Source of the DNA: Chrysomallon squamiferum
Lineage: Eukaryota; Animalia; Mollusca
Assembly: GCA_012295275.1 (NCBI GenBank)
Contig: CM022667.1
Coordinates: 7,130,001-7,194,000, forward strand
Direction: 5' to 3'
DNA: 64,000 nucleotides
The position numbers were made by a program, and so were the translations under genes. Position 1 is the first letter of the stretch, and the number at the start of each line of letters is the position of its first letter. Of the stretch, positions 12,767-27,097 are shown one piece after another. The notes beneath the pieces are model-generated. The model did no database searches. It saw only the letters and a list, made by a program, of their open reading frames with translations, and had not been told where the DNA came from.

Positions 12767-14800
12767 ACACAGCGAGGCAAGCCGAACTCTGCCTGGAAAT
12801 TCATTCTGAGTTATTTATAATCTTTCCTTTACTCATATATCTTCAGTAATACTCTTTCACTCTTTGAGTCTAGTTAGACTTCAGTCTAAATTGATAATTA
12901 TGTTAGTAATTTTGAAATGTTCAGAAGTAAAAAATCAATTTGGATACAAACACCTAATTTTTATAACTGCTATGCAATATAAAATTATTCCTTTTATAAT
13001 AAAGTTGAAAATTACATTATTAGATATTGCTCTTCAGAATAAATATGTTATTATAATTTAATTAACTCCCTTTGTAATGTGTTTTTAGTTAAAGACCAGT
13101 GTTGTATGAAGCAACATCTTAGTAAATTTAAAATATAAATTGTTTTGAATTAAAATTAAAAAGCAGTCATTTGTCAGATATTTAAAAATATAAAAAAAAA
13201 TATATTAAGAACTTTTCGGTTTTACTGTTTAATGAAGTCTGCTTGGATGTGATTTCTTATATACATATCTTCCTACCTTATCCATTTCCAATCCAAGCTA
13301 GGTCAAATCTGTTGTATTATGCCTTCTCTTATCTTAGAGAAATTTTCTAGGTATTTTGTTTTGCTGTAGATCGCACACCAAAGTAGCACCCATCATTGTT
13401 CACATATACTATGTAGATTTAGTGAAACACATTATTATTAATATGACCAGGCACAATGATGTATATTTAATGTTAAAAAGAAATAATAAGTAAAAGGTTA
13501 ATTTCATGAAACTGAACATTGCCTTTGTTATCAAAACTGTAAACAACTGTATATAATAGTCACATGATACAGTACATGGCCAGAATATAAAGAAACAATT
13601 CTGAATTTTATTTAATTTTATAATACATCAATTTTACTTCTAATAAAATTACTTGTTACAATCAAAAAAAAATTGCTACTCAGGTAAATATGAATATTAT
13701 TACCTGTTTGCTAATAGTATGAATGTTTTAACTGGAAGCAGGTAAAATACTGCTGGTCTTATTTGTAATAGGAAATTGTTCACTGAAAAAATTATGTGCC
13801 ATATTGTTATTATTTTCTTGTTAATATTTGTAACTACATTTATACTCATTAATACTGACTTGTTGTGAAGTGAGCTGCATGGTTCGAGGATTCTCTCTAG
13901 ATTTGTACAAATCACACATGCTGACACATGTAAAATGATGTTACTTTACTCTGTACAAGTTCATACAATTAATTACCTGTATGTACTGCCAGGAACTGAT
14001 AAAACACACACACATGATTCTGATACATGCTGTATTTAACCATAAGAATATAATGTGAATTTTGGTTGGCCAAACCCAAGTATAAGGCAAGTGAATTGTC
14101 TGTCCAAGCGATTTACACACTAATTGTTGTTGTTAGGTAATATATTCCATGAACATTTTTAATACTGAATAACAGTTTTTAAATTAAAGTGAAATGAAAA
14201 CCATTTATACAATTATTAATATTTAACTGATAATTTTTTTTGAAAACCATCTCAGAATTTTGAATGATGGACGTTATAAACCTGCTTGAAAATTACTTGT
14301 TCTTTTATTTAAGAAAACTAATAAACAACTTTTCTTTTCTTTTATTATTATTCAGCAATAATAATGTGGATTTGAATTTTTGTTATTATAATAATAGAAA
14401 TAAATAAATCAATAAAATAAATGGTACATATGTGGTTTAATAATTGCAATAGTTTTTTTCATCCTTTATATTTTTCATTCTGGTTTTCCTTCATTATTAA
14501 CTTGAAAGATTTGTCTATTTTGTGTTTTGTTATTATTTCTTTACACTTGATGTATTCATTGCCTGCTTTTTATTAAGGTAAAATATATTATTTCTCTATT
14601 TGTGTTATTTTCTCCTTTCCTGTATTCACATTATCACATTGTGTTAAAATATCTGTCTGTAAATTTAAAATTTATTAGTTGTCTTTTGTCTCCATAAAAA
14701 AAAAGATGATATTATTATTAATCAATTTCAAATGAAAAGAAATCACTTTTATTTTAGATACTTCTTCCTGATTTAATAAATAAATAAAATAAAATAAATA

Positions 14801-14843
<43 letters not shown>

Positions 14844-15239
14844 GAAGTTACATAAAGTAACAGGGATAAAAAAAATAAAAAATAGTCATTCCTTCTGTTT
14901 TTTTAGTTTGTCGGACACGTTGAGTCAGCAGACTGATCCCACTTGCTGAGCCGACCGAGTCATTTCCCGTCACTGCTAAGAGACATGTCTAACAAATGTT
15001 TCAGGTTGTACTGGTTTGCCTCATCGAAAAGAGAATCCCATGAAGTTGCGGCAGCTGGTTTCTTCTGTTGCGTGCTCCAGCTGTAAATACAATGTGTGCA
15101 TTAATTATAAAATACGATTTGTCCTTCCTTTCTTCATTTATACAGAAAATCAGATGATGGTGCGGCTTTCGTGCAGAATACTTCGCTTGCTAAAAGAACC
15201 AATCATAATCCTTTCTTCCACATAAGGTTGTGACGTTAA

Positions 15240-15253
15240 ACTGCATAGCAACG
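15240..15253 (+). promoter_or_regulatory. Possible RFX X-box half site (CATAGCAAC) upstream of the RGSL1-like gene
   Basis: About 65 bp upstream of the candidate ATG; only the 3' half of the X-box matches. Confidence 0.25.
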
Positions 15254-15314
15254 AGATTTAAATATATCACGATTATTTGTTCGTTATTGAAAGATGTAGC
15301 GCAGACGATATGAT

Positions 15315-15803
15315 ATGGAAAATGATCTAGGTTCTTTAGTTTGAAAAGTCTAAAACAGATAGTATATCTACACGTTTTCTCAGAAACAAATGACGATTAA
15401 TTTAGAATAATAGAGTGACGTCACTTGTTTTAAACTGCAGAAAGTTCTTATCTTAGAGGGAATATAGAAAGAACAATGCCACCGACATCAAGTTCGTATT
15501 TATTTATTTATATATTTTATATACAAACACTATTGTATTTTTTATTTTTTATTTAGGAACACATCAATTAAATACGAATAAATCTTTAAATAATATAATT
15601 GTCACTGACATAACCTTTATTGTTATAGTTCGGTATTAAAATAGCTGATAAACATCTAACCATTGTTTTATAATCTGATATGTTATCGACTAATAAACTG
15701 TTATTTTATCATTATTATCATCTAAACCATTTGTCTTATATTCCATAATATCTGTACTGCTTTTTTAATGAATGCTCATATTCAAATACAATTTTTACAT
15801 TAC

Positions 15804-15854
<51 letters not shown>

Positions 15855-16223
15855 AAGTAGATAAGTGGCATGGTTTCTCAGAGTAACATTAATATATATA
15901 TATTATATATATAATTTAAAGGATGTAAAGGCATTTTTAAAATGAAGTAAAATTCACCCATTTTTATTAGTATGTAATTACTTTTTAAATTTTAACTATT
16001 TGAGTTTACTGCGCTGATGTTGTTTCGTAACAAGTGAATCCCCTTCAGCAGCCTGTGAGCCTACATCTGTTTGTTACTGAGTTTTAACTGTTAGTGCTTT
16101 AATTTTATTTATTTCAGATGAGATTCAGCTAGAAGATTTCTTAGCTTTGATGGAAGAAAGATGTTTTGTCGATCATTTCAACGTCTTTCTTATGTTGCCG
16201 GTAAATGCCTGAAACATTGTTTT

Positions 16224-16277
<54 letters not shown>

Positions 16278-17368
16278 GTTATTTTGCTGGCAACTGGCTG
16301 TCTGTCTATCCGTTCCTCAGTCCTTCCACCAACTCAGTCGGGCATTGTCCCTAGAGAAATGCATATTTTCATTGTTTATCATTGATAGGCTAAACAGATA
16401 CAAAACACTGAAGTCATTGCCTCAGTTAAAAAGAGCATTAATTCATTACAAACACGTCAGGAACCCCTCACACACACACACACAAAAAACACAAAATGTA
16501 TTATTATTTATATTTTAACTCTTCTTTCTTTCTTGGAAACAGGTTTTTGGTCAAAATATTATCTATATACATCAGGAAAAAGGTTTTGAATTCTTTCCAC
16601 AAATTAGAAGACCACGAAGTGTGAGTATAAACATTAAAAAAGAAGAAGCCTGATAAATATATAATTCAAACAATAAAGTTAAAGATTGAACAGAAATAAT
16701 ACTGGAAGGGGAGTTCAGGAGAGGGAAAAGAGGAGAAAAACAACAACACTGATACTGTTTTAATAAAGTATCTGTATTTATTTAAAATGGCAGATACATA
16801 GCAATGCGACAAACGTGAACATAAACTGCAATTTTTGTACTTCCCCATACTGCCACTTTTTAATCAAAAATAAAGCTTATGATACATTAGCTGTACTTAC
16901 AAAATAAAATAAAATATTTATGAAAATAAACAACAAATAATAAATAAATAAATAGGTAAAATGAAAAAGACAGGGAGGAAGAGAGCAACAATGTGAACCC
17001 AATTTCAATGTTTCAGTTTTTAGAACAGTCGTTTGTCATGAAATGGCTATTTGTGGAGAGGTTTCCTAAGTTTCGACAAAGCTTATTTTATTTCATGTAC
17101 CAGATGTATATAGGAATCAACGATTTCAGTTTCCACGTAGACACCGCTATGAGTGGTAGGTTCATTTCTAAATTTCTAAAATCAGTCTTAGAACATTCAT
17201 ATTTATTATTATTATTATTGTGTTTTTCATTATTAAAATAAATAAATAAATAAGAAATAATACCATTCAGTACAGCATTACCAAAGTATATGAGAAAACA
17301 AGAACAGCAACAACAGCACCAGCCAAAACTATTACAAGGGGAAAATAATAATATAAAGCAGTTTTATT

Positions 17369-17431
<63 letters not shown>

Positions 17432-18015
17432 TTGTTTAGAGGGGTTTGATTCGCCAGAAGATGCCCAGTCTTTCACTGCGAAAGTGTTAGGTAGTGTTTT
17501 GGGTATGAAACGTTTCCGCGATTCGCTTATCGGCACAGTCGGCGAGAAAGTCTACCACTGCTGGTTGGACATCGAAGCGCTGCGACAGGCAGACGACATT
17601 GCCACGCGCAAATTTTACTTGGCAAAGATCAAGACTACGTACATCACTGAAAAACGACAGGTGAATACCGGCAGAAAATGTAGAGCTTTTCAAGGTAAGT
17701 ATTATAGTAGCTGAAATAGTGTAATGTTTGAAGCATAGTTAAATTAGAACTGAAATTCTGACGTCAAAACGTAAAGTGGTTACGTTTTATCTTAGTTTCT
17801 TTATATTGCAGTGATACTGAAATACCTGCAGAAAGGTATTCAGCAGAAAAGTATATGTTGTAATAAATAAATAAATAACAAAATACATAAATAAATAAAT
17901 GATAAAAGTAAATAAATAAATAACACATGTACATGTTTTAACTGTTTAGAAGTAGACCAACAAGTGAAGAATATTCCATAGTTTATAAATAATAATAATA
18001 ATAATAATAATAATA

Positions 18016-18051
<36 letters not shown>

Positions 18052-20946
18052 AGTGGTATTGTCATTGCTGTTGTTATTATTACTATTGTTATTGTTATTT
18101 TATTTTTCCAGAAGTATTAAATTTTGGTGTAGTACCTGAAAGCTGTTCAGAATACATAAGTCGGTACATGTCACAGGCATGCTTCTCTGTGCATGAAGAG
18201 TTTACGCTGGACTCAGTGAAGACACTGGAAGAAGTTCAGAAGCTGTTAACAGATGCCCTGAAGACATATTGGGTTCCTAGATATATTGTCCATGTTTTGA
18301 GAACATACCCTCTTTCTGAATTACAGGTTATTTATCTAGCAGTGGCTAGTAGAACATTAAATGATTATTTTAAAACAGTGACAATACTAAAAGATAAAGA
18401 AGAAAAAAATTTGCTGATTAGAAATCAAAACAACTTTAACAAAATATGAGAACCTTGTTTTCTTTTCTCTTTTTTTTCAGTTGCTGTTTGGAGAAGATGA
18501 TATTAGAAAGATTCTGAAGGTTGTTGACAAAAGTTCAAGTTCTGTTTCTCTTTTTTTCACTGAGGAATCATTTTTAACAAGTACACAGTGTGAATGCTCA
18601 TTTTTAAATAGTGAAAGTTCCAGTACTGAAATTGTTTCTGGTGAAAATACCTCTAACGAAGGTGTCTCAGGCTCTGGTCAAAATGTCTCTACACGAAGTT
18701 TATCTGTTTCAAGTTGTGCTTCATCTCTTAACACATTTCCCAAAAGAATTCAAACAGTAATTGATGATGATAATATAGATGAAGATGACAGTGATGACAC
18801 TGGTGTGGATGAGATTGTTTCTGTACCTAGCCTGACACAAATACAACTTCAGCAACAGAAAGAAAGAAAAGAAACAAAAGAAATGGCACATGAATTACTG
18901 ACATTGTGGGCAGGTGAGGAGATATTATATTCAATAGGAAAACGTTTTTAAACAACTTATCTGAAGCAGGAATATATATTATATATACTGATTGTAAAAG
19001 GTTGCTACATCCTTTCATTATGCTTTTGAAAAGACACATTGTGTGGTATGCAGAAAGAGATGTAGTCACGATTATACCATTTGAAACAAAACCTGTGAGC
19101 AGTTCTTTCCAGTGAGATACATCAATGCCATTGTATGGTATTCCTTTTCTACCAAGAAGCTTTCTGACAAATATCCAAGGACAAATTTTAGTGTTGATCT
19201 GTGGAGAAAAAACATTTTCATTTTTAGCAATTTGTATGACACTCTGAAATAAACTGTGGATATATGCACATTAATAAATTTGCTAGCCATTGTGTGCACA
19301 TATATCTATCTACTTATGTTACTAAAAGACAGCAATACTTTACAGTATTAACAGCAAGATCTAAACAATTACATAGTAATAACATATATTAATTTGCCAT
19401 TATTAAAATGTGATCAAACATTTCAGGTGGATGTGTGCCAGAAATTCCTGCAACACCGGATTCTTCATGCTGCTCTGAGGTTGCTTCCACAGTGGATGAC
19501 AGCATCTTTGACAGCACATCTTTGAGCACCATCTCCAAGTCATCACTTTTCAGTCTGGATGAAAGAATCCTCGGACATGTAGGGCTGCCTGCTCTAGAGA
19601 AGAAGTCACTGGGTAAAATGGTCCACTGCCAGAAACAGTTGCTGCTGGGTGGAATTGGAGATGATGTACCCCTGCCCAGAGCAAACCTGAGGATAATACG
19701 AGCACTGGCATCAGATAGCTTTGCTGGTTACCCTTTCAGGTATAAACACAGAAATTGTTATGTTAACACACAGATCTGAATTGTACATTCAGGTATAAAC
19801 ACAGAAATTGTTATTTTTGCACATGAATCTGAATCATCCATTCAGATATTAAGCATAGAAGGTACTATATTTACACACTGATCTGAATCATACATTCTGA
19901 TATTAAACAGATGTTACTATATTTACATGCTGATCTGAATCATACATTCTGATATTAAACAGAAGTTACTATATTTACACACTGATCTGAATCATACATT
20001 CTGATATTAAACATAGATGTTACCATATTTACACACTGATCTGAATCATACATTCTGATATTAAACATAGAAGTTACTGTATTTACACTGATCTGAATCA
20101 CACAATCAAGTATTAACACAGATAAAAGATATTGTTTTATAATTAAACTTATTTTATCAACATTTCTAACTTCTGTTTTCTTTATTTAACTTTTAACTTA
20201 ATTATGATTATTTTGTTTTACTTCTTAAATTGAAAAAGTAAAGAAAAGAGAAATATACATTTGGTTATGTTTATTACTTATAATAAATGTTTGATATTGC
20301 AGGGACTTTTTAAGTAAAAATGAACAGCGACAGTACTTGACGTATATTAATTTCTGGAACGATATTCAAAACTATCTTCGCATAGATCCACTAGCGAGGG
20401 ATGAAAATGGAAACTGTACAAGAAAGTTGGGAGCACAAAGAATAATGAACAAATATTTAATTTCATCTGCAATCACTCAGATTTTCTCAGAAAGAATGAA
20501 AAAGTCTTTGTTCACAATTCTGTCTGATGGAAAGGACAAACAACTGTTGTATGCTGCTCGTGATATTGTCACTATTGTAAGCTTGTTTGTAACATTTAAG
20601 TATATACATACATAATATACATAATTTGAATTAAAGTATTAAAGATATATGTAAATCTGGCAGTAAGACACTAAACCTCCCATTTTTCACATTTGTTACT
20701 TTGTATGTAGGTGCTGGGCAGACCATGGAGAGATTACACAGAAAAAGATAAACGAAAACTGATCAATTCTTGTGTAAGTTCAACAACATAATGTTTGATT
20801 AGCTTTTAAATGATTTTCACTTTCTCAGTCTGATATCCAAATTTTGTTAAAAGAAAAGAAGCTAGAGAAAAAACAAACATTTTATCTGTTTTGATAATAT
20901 CAAACAATAATTAGAATATATTTTTATAACTAAAATTGTTGTTTTA

Positions 20947-21009
<63 letters not shown>

Positions 21010-24000
21010 CTACTATTATTACTACTACCATTACTATGACTATTATTATTATCTGTCAGTTCAAGAAAGCATACCTGACATTTATGCGCAGACAGTTGCC
21101 CCCAACTCTGGTAACTCCAGAAATGACAAAAATATATTCTGTAGCAAAAGGCGAGTACTTTGACCAAGCTTATCGCAACATGTGGGACTGCATGGACAGT
21201 GGTACTTTGTGGTCAGAAAACTTGGACAAAAAGATTCTTTCAGAAGAACATTGTTGGAAATCACTGGAACTAACAATGTCTCTTGAAGGTTTGTCTTGTT
21301 TTATTGATATTATTTCAAAGATTTCCCTTAATCTATTTATGTATCTCAAAAGTTAACTCAATATTTATCATTCCTATAAATATTTCTACCTTTACTCAAT
21401 ATTTATCATTACTATAATCACTACCATCATCTTCATCAGAATATGCATTGTTACACTGCAGGCTGTATGGATGTTTCTGAGAATCTGAGTCTTAGTTTCG
21501 TGTTAATGAATTTTTATGGAAGTCTTGATCTCTGGGATACTGAGAAAAAACAGACAGGTATAATAATTTTAATGTCTTAAACATACATTAATTTTAACTC
21601 TAATAATTGTATATCTAATACTAAAGTACTATAACTGTAATTTATCTAAGACACAGATACTTTAATTTGTCTAACATGCAGATACAGTTACTCTAATTTA
21701 TCTAACACACAGATACTGTAACTAATTTATCTAACACAGTTACTCTAATTTATCCAACTGATTCTGTAATTCTAATTTGTCCAACTGATTCTGTAATTCT
21801 AATTTATCTAACACACAGAGGGTTACTCTTAATTTATCTAACACACAGATACTGTAATTCTAATTTGTCTAACACACAGATACAGTTATTCTAATTTGTC
21901 TAACACCAGATACTGTAATTCTAATTTGTCTAACACACAGATACAGTTATTCTAATTTGTCTAACACAGATACTGTAATTCTAATTTATCTAACACACAG
22001 ATACTGTAACTAATTTATCTAACACAGTTACTCTAATTTATCCAACTGATTCTGTAATTCTAATTTGTCCAACTGATTCTGTAATTCTAATTTATCTAAC
22101 ACACAGAGAGTTACTCTTAATTTATCTAACACACAGATACTGTAATTCTAATTTGTCTAACACACAGATACAGTTATTCTAATTTGTCTAACACACAGAT
22201 ACTGTAATTCTAATTTGTCTAACACACAGATACAGTTATTCTAATTTATCTAACACACAGATACTGTAATTCTAATTTGTCTAACACACAGATACAGTTA
22301 TTCTAATTTGTCTAACACACAGATACTGTTATTCTAATTTGTCTAACACCAGATACAGTTATTCTAATTTGTCTAACACACAGATACAGTTATTCTAATT
22401 TGTCTAACACACAGATACTGTAATTCTAATTTGTCTAACACACAGATACAGTTATTCTAATTTGTCTAACACCAGATACTGTAATTCTAATTTGTCTAAC
22501 ACACAGATACAGTTATTCTAATTTGTCTAACACACAGATACTGTAATTCTAATTTGTCTAACACACAGATACAGTTATTCTAATTTGTCTAACACCAGAT
22601 ACTGTAATTCTAATTTGTCTAACACACAGATACAGTTATTCTAATTTGTCTAACACACAGATACTGTAATTCTAATTTATCTAACACACAGATACTGTAA
22701 CTAATTTATCTAACACAGTTACTCTAATTTATCCAACTGATTCTGTAATTCTAATTTGTCCAACTGATTCTGTAATTCTAATTTATCTAACACACAGAGA
22801 GTTACTCTTAATTTATCTAACACACAGATACTGTAATTCTAATTTGTCTAACACACAGATACAGTTATTCTAATTTGTCTAACACCAGATACTGTAATTC
22901 TAATTTGTCTAACACACAGATACTGTAATTCTAATTTGTCTAACACACAGATACAGTTATTCTAATTTGTCTAACACACAGATACAGTTATTCTAATTTA
23001 TCTAACACACAGATACTGTAATGCTAATTTATCTAACACACAGTTACTGTAATTCTAATTTGTCTAACACACAGATACTGTAATTCTAATTTATCTAACA
23101 CACAGATACAGTTATTCTAATTTGTCTAACACACAGATACTGTAATTCTAATTTATCTAACACACAGATACTGTAATTCTAATTTGTCTAACACACAGAT
23201 ACAGTTATTCTAATTTGTCTAACACACAGATACAGTTATTCTAATTTGTCTAACACACACATACAGTTATTCTAATTTGTCTAACACACAGATACTGTAA
23301 TTCTAATTTGTCTAACACACAGATACTGTAATTCTAATTTGTCTAACACACAGATACAGTTATTCTAATTTATCTAACACCAGATACTGTAATTCTAATT
23401 TGTCTAACACACAGATACTGTAATTCTAATTTGTCTAACACCAGATACAGTTATTCTAATTTGTCTAACACACAGATACAGTTATTCTAATTTATCTAAC
23501 ACACAGATACTGTAATTCTAATTTGTCTAACACACAGATACAGTTATTCTAATTTGTCTAACACCAGATACAGTTATTCTAATTTATCTAACACACAGAT
23601 ACAGTTATTCTAATTTGTCTAACACACAGATACAGTTATTCTAATTTGTCTAACACACAGATACAGTTATTCTAATTTGTCTAACACACACATACAGTTA
23701 TTCTAATTTGTCTAACACACAGATACTGTAATTCTAATTTGTCTAACACACAGATACTGTAATTCTAATTTGTCTAACACACAGATACAGTAATTCTAAT
23801 TTGTCTAACACACAGATACAGTTATTCTAATTTATCTAACACCAGATACTGTAATTCTAATTTGTCTAACACACAGATACTGTAATTCTAATTTGTCTAA
23901 CACACAGATACAGTTATTCTAATTTGTCTAACACCAGATACAGTTATTCTAATTTGTCTAACACACAGATACAGTTATTCTAATTTATCTAACACACAGA

Positions 24001-27000
24001 TACTGTAATTCTAATTTGTCTAACTGTTACGGTAATTCTACTTTGTCAAAAAATGTAGTTAGTATGGTTTAACTCAGCAAGGTTACATTTGTAAAGAAAA
24101 TGTTTATTGTTACTACAGAAAACCTGGCTGACCTAACACGACTTGAGAAACAGTGGAGGGTGGCTGATCTGAAGGTGTCAAATGTTGTTGACTTACCTCA
24201 GATTATAATACCAGAAGAGCTGAAAGTTGTGACTGAACATAAACGAGGTTTACCACAGCTCTGGAAAAATGGTTCTCGACTCAAACTACCTTCACAAGCT
24301 CCAAGGTTTGCTGTTCTTTTAGTCTTGAAATTAAAACATTTCATTTTATACCTAGTTTTATCAAATACTAAGACAACAAACAATTCTGACACACCAAAAT
24401 ACGGCTATTATTTTATCAGTTCAGTTAAATATTTATTCACAAATTCAATTTTGTATAAAATGTTGTTCATTTAATTATTTTCTTCTTGCTGTCAGAAGTT
24501 TTATGGAGGTTCTTGTTAAAAAGGAGCATTATGAGTACTTTAAAGCATTTCTCCAGTACAAAAACTGCAACATACACCCACTGCAGTTCTGGATGGCAGT
24601 TAATGACATGAAAAATGCCAAAAACTTGACACTTTCAGAAATGAAAAGCAAATGTATCTTCTACCGCTACTTCAAAAATGATAAAACACATGGTGAGTGA
24701 ATTTAAATGTAATTTTTGTGTAAAACATAAATTGTTACTGGCAGATAAGAAGTAATAATCCACCGAGTTGTAGTTGTGGATTTCATTTTAAAATGTATAT
24801 TTTAAGTTTCTTTCTTTGATTATATGTACTGTAGTGTATTTGAAGTGTCTTTCTTTGATTGTATATTGTAATATTGTGGATATTCTGTAGCAGTGTAATC
24901 TGAAATTCTGTACTCTACTTTAGCACACAGAACTGACTACTGTAATATTGTAAACAGAACTGACTACTGTAATGTTGCAAACAGAACTGACTACTGTACT
25001 GTTGTAAACAGAACTGACTACTGTAATGTTGCAAATATAACTGACTACTGTAATGCTGCAAACAGAACTGACTACTGTACTGTTGTAAACAGAACTTACT
25101 ACTCTAAAGTTGCAAACAGAACTGACTACTGTAATGTTGTAAACAGAACTTACTATTCTAACGTTGCAAACAGAACTGACTACTGTAATGTTGTAAACAG
25201 AACTTACTATTCTAAAGTTGCAAACAGAACTGACTACTGTAATGTTGTAAGCAGAATTAACTTTTCTAAAGTTGCAAACAGAACTGACTACGGTAATGTT
25301 GTAAACAGAACTTACTATTCTAAAGTTGTAAACAGAACTGACTACCCTAAAGTTGCAAACAGAACTGACTACTGTAATGTTGTAAAAAGAAATGGTTACT
25401 GTAATTTTGTAAACAGAACTGGTTACTGTAATTTTGCAAACAGAACTAACTACTGTAATTTTGTAAACAGAACTTACTACTCTAAAATTGCAAATAGAAC
25501 TGATGACTGTAATGTCGTGGACAGAACTGACTACTGTAAATGGAACTTACTTCTGTACTGTTGTAAATATAACTGACTACTGTAAATGGAACTTACTTCT
25601 GTACTGTTGTAAACATAACTGACTACTGTACTGCTGTAAACAGAACTGACTACTGTAATATTGTAAATATAACTGACTACTGTACTGTTGTAAACAGAAT
25701 TCACTCCTGTAATATTGTAAACAGAACTGACTACTGTAATATTGTAAACAGAACTGACTACTGTAGTGCTGCAAACAGAACTGACTACTGTAATGTTGTA
25801 AACAGAACTGAATACTGTAATGTTGTTTATATAACTTACTACTGTACTGTTGTTTATATAACTTACTACTGTATTGTTGTAAACAGAACTGACTACTGTA
25901 ATGTTGTAAACAGAACTGACTACTGTAATGTTGTAGACAGAATTGACCATTGTAATGTTGTAGACAGAACTGACCACTGTAATGGTGTAGACAGAACTGA
26001 CTATTGTAATGTTGTAGACAGAACTGTAATGAACTGACCACTGTAATGTTGTAGACAGAACTGTAATGAACTGACTACTGTAATGTTGTAGGGGGTATTC
26101 TCCAGTGCAAAGATGCCATGCTGAACTCTGTGGCAGAGATGAAAACAGTCAATGTGGCTGCTCTATTTGGTGCACAGCAGTCTGTTTATACAATGATGGA
26201 GGCAAACTGGTGAGATGGGACACAATGTACACAGATATTAGTGAAAATATTAAATATTGTGATACTAATGTAACAGAGACAAGACAAAGGAATATTAGAT
26301 ATAAAAATGAAACCTGAAATAAGCATAGGCTGTCTACAATAATGAGTTAGTAACCAAAAGTAAGACTACATTGGTCAAATGGTAATACTAAATATAAAAA
26401 TAGATGTAAACACAACCTATAAACATAAAGAAGATGAGAAATATTGATACACTGAAATAACTGAAATGGAAAATTGTTGTACTAATAATAGTGAAAGTGA
26501 AAGTAAACACAGAGGTAGATTTTAGATCAGAAATAATGACAGTAAATAAAGATATAAAATATAAGACTGTGATGAGATGTGAAATGACAGAGTATTTGCA
26601 GTGTCTGTGTTGTATTTGTTGTGTGTAAATTTTGTGTTTGTTAGGTTTGTGTGTGTGAGTGTACACATATATGTATGTATTGAATGTATGGGGTCTGTTT
26701 ATTATTCTTGTGTTTTTGACTTTCTAGGTATCCATCTTACCTAGCTTTGTTTTCAAAGCGAGGCCCAGTGAAACTAATAAAAATTCCATCAGCAATGGTA
26801 GACCAGCCTTCTGTTCCAAAATCCCTGTCAATGCGACTGACTCAAACTTCTAGTTATTTAGCTGATTTGCGTATCATAGATGTTGCCTCTGCTCTGTTAT
26901 CATCTCAAAGTGATATGAGAACTAAATTGGTATTTCTTCTCTTTACCACATATAAACAGACACACACAAACAGATACATTACATAAAATTATACATAGAC

Positions 27001-27059
27001 ATATATAAATAATGTATATACACACACACCTATATATAAACAAATATGGAAACAGAAAC

Positions 27060-27097
<38 letters not shown>

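Noticed and set aside
14909-14965. Short inverted repeat (tcagca...tgctga) with a TGAGTCA site as an ncRNA
   Set aside because: The stem is too short and no RNA-family motifs were recognisable.
20862-21167. Poly-Asn and poly-Tyr ORFs
   Set aside because: (TTA)n microsatellite.
25531-26041. Repetitive minus-strand ORFs (YNITVVSSV / QFCLQHYSS)
   Set aside because: By-product of a 27-bp (multiple of 3) intronic minisatellite on the antisense strand.
21640-26091. Regular 27-31-bp repeats as CRISPR arrays
   Set aside because: Units are head-to-tail without unique spacers, there are no cas genes, and the context is eukaryotic introns.
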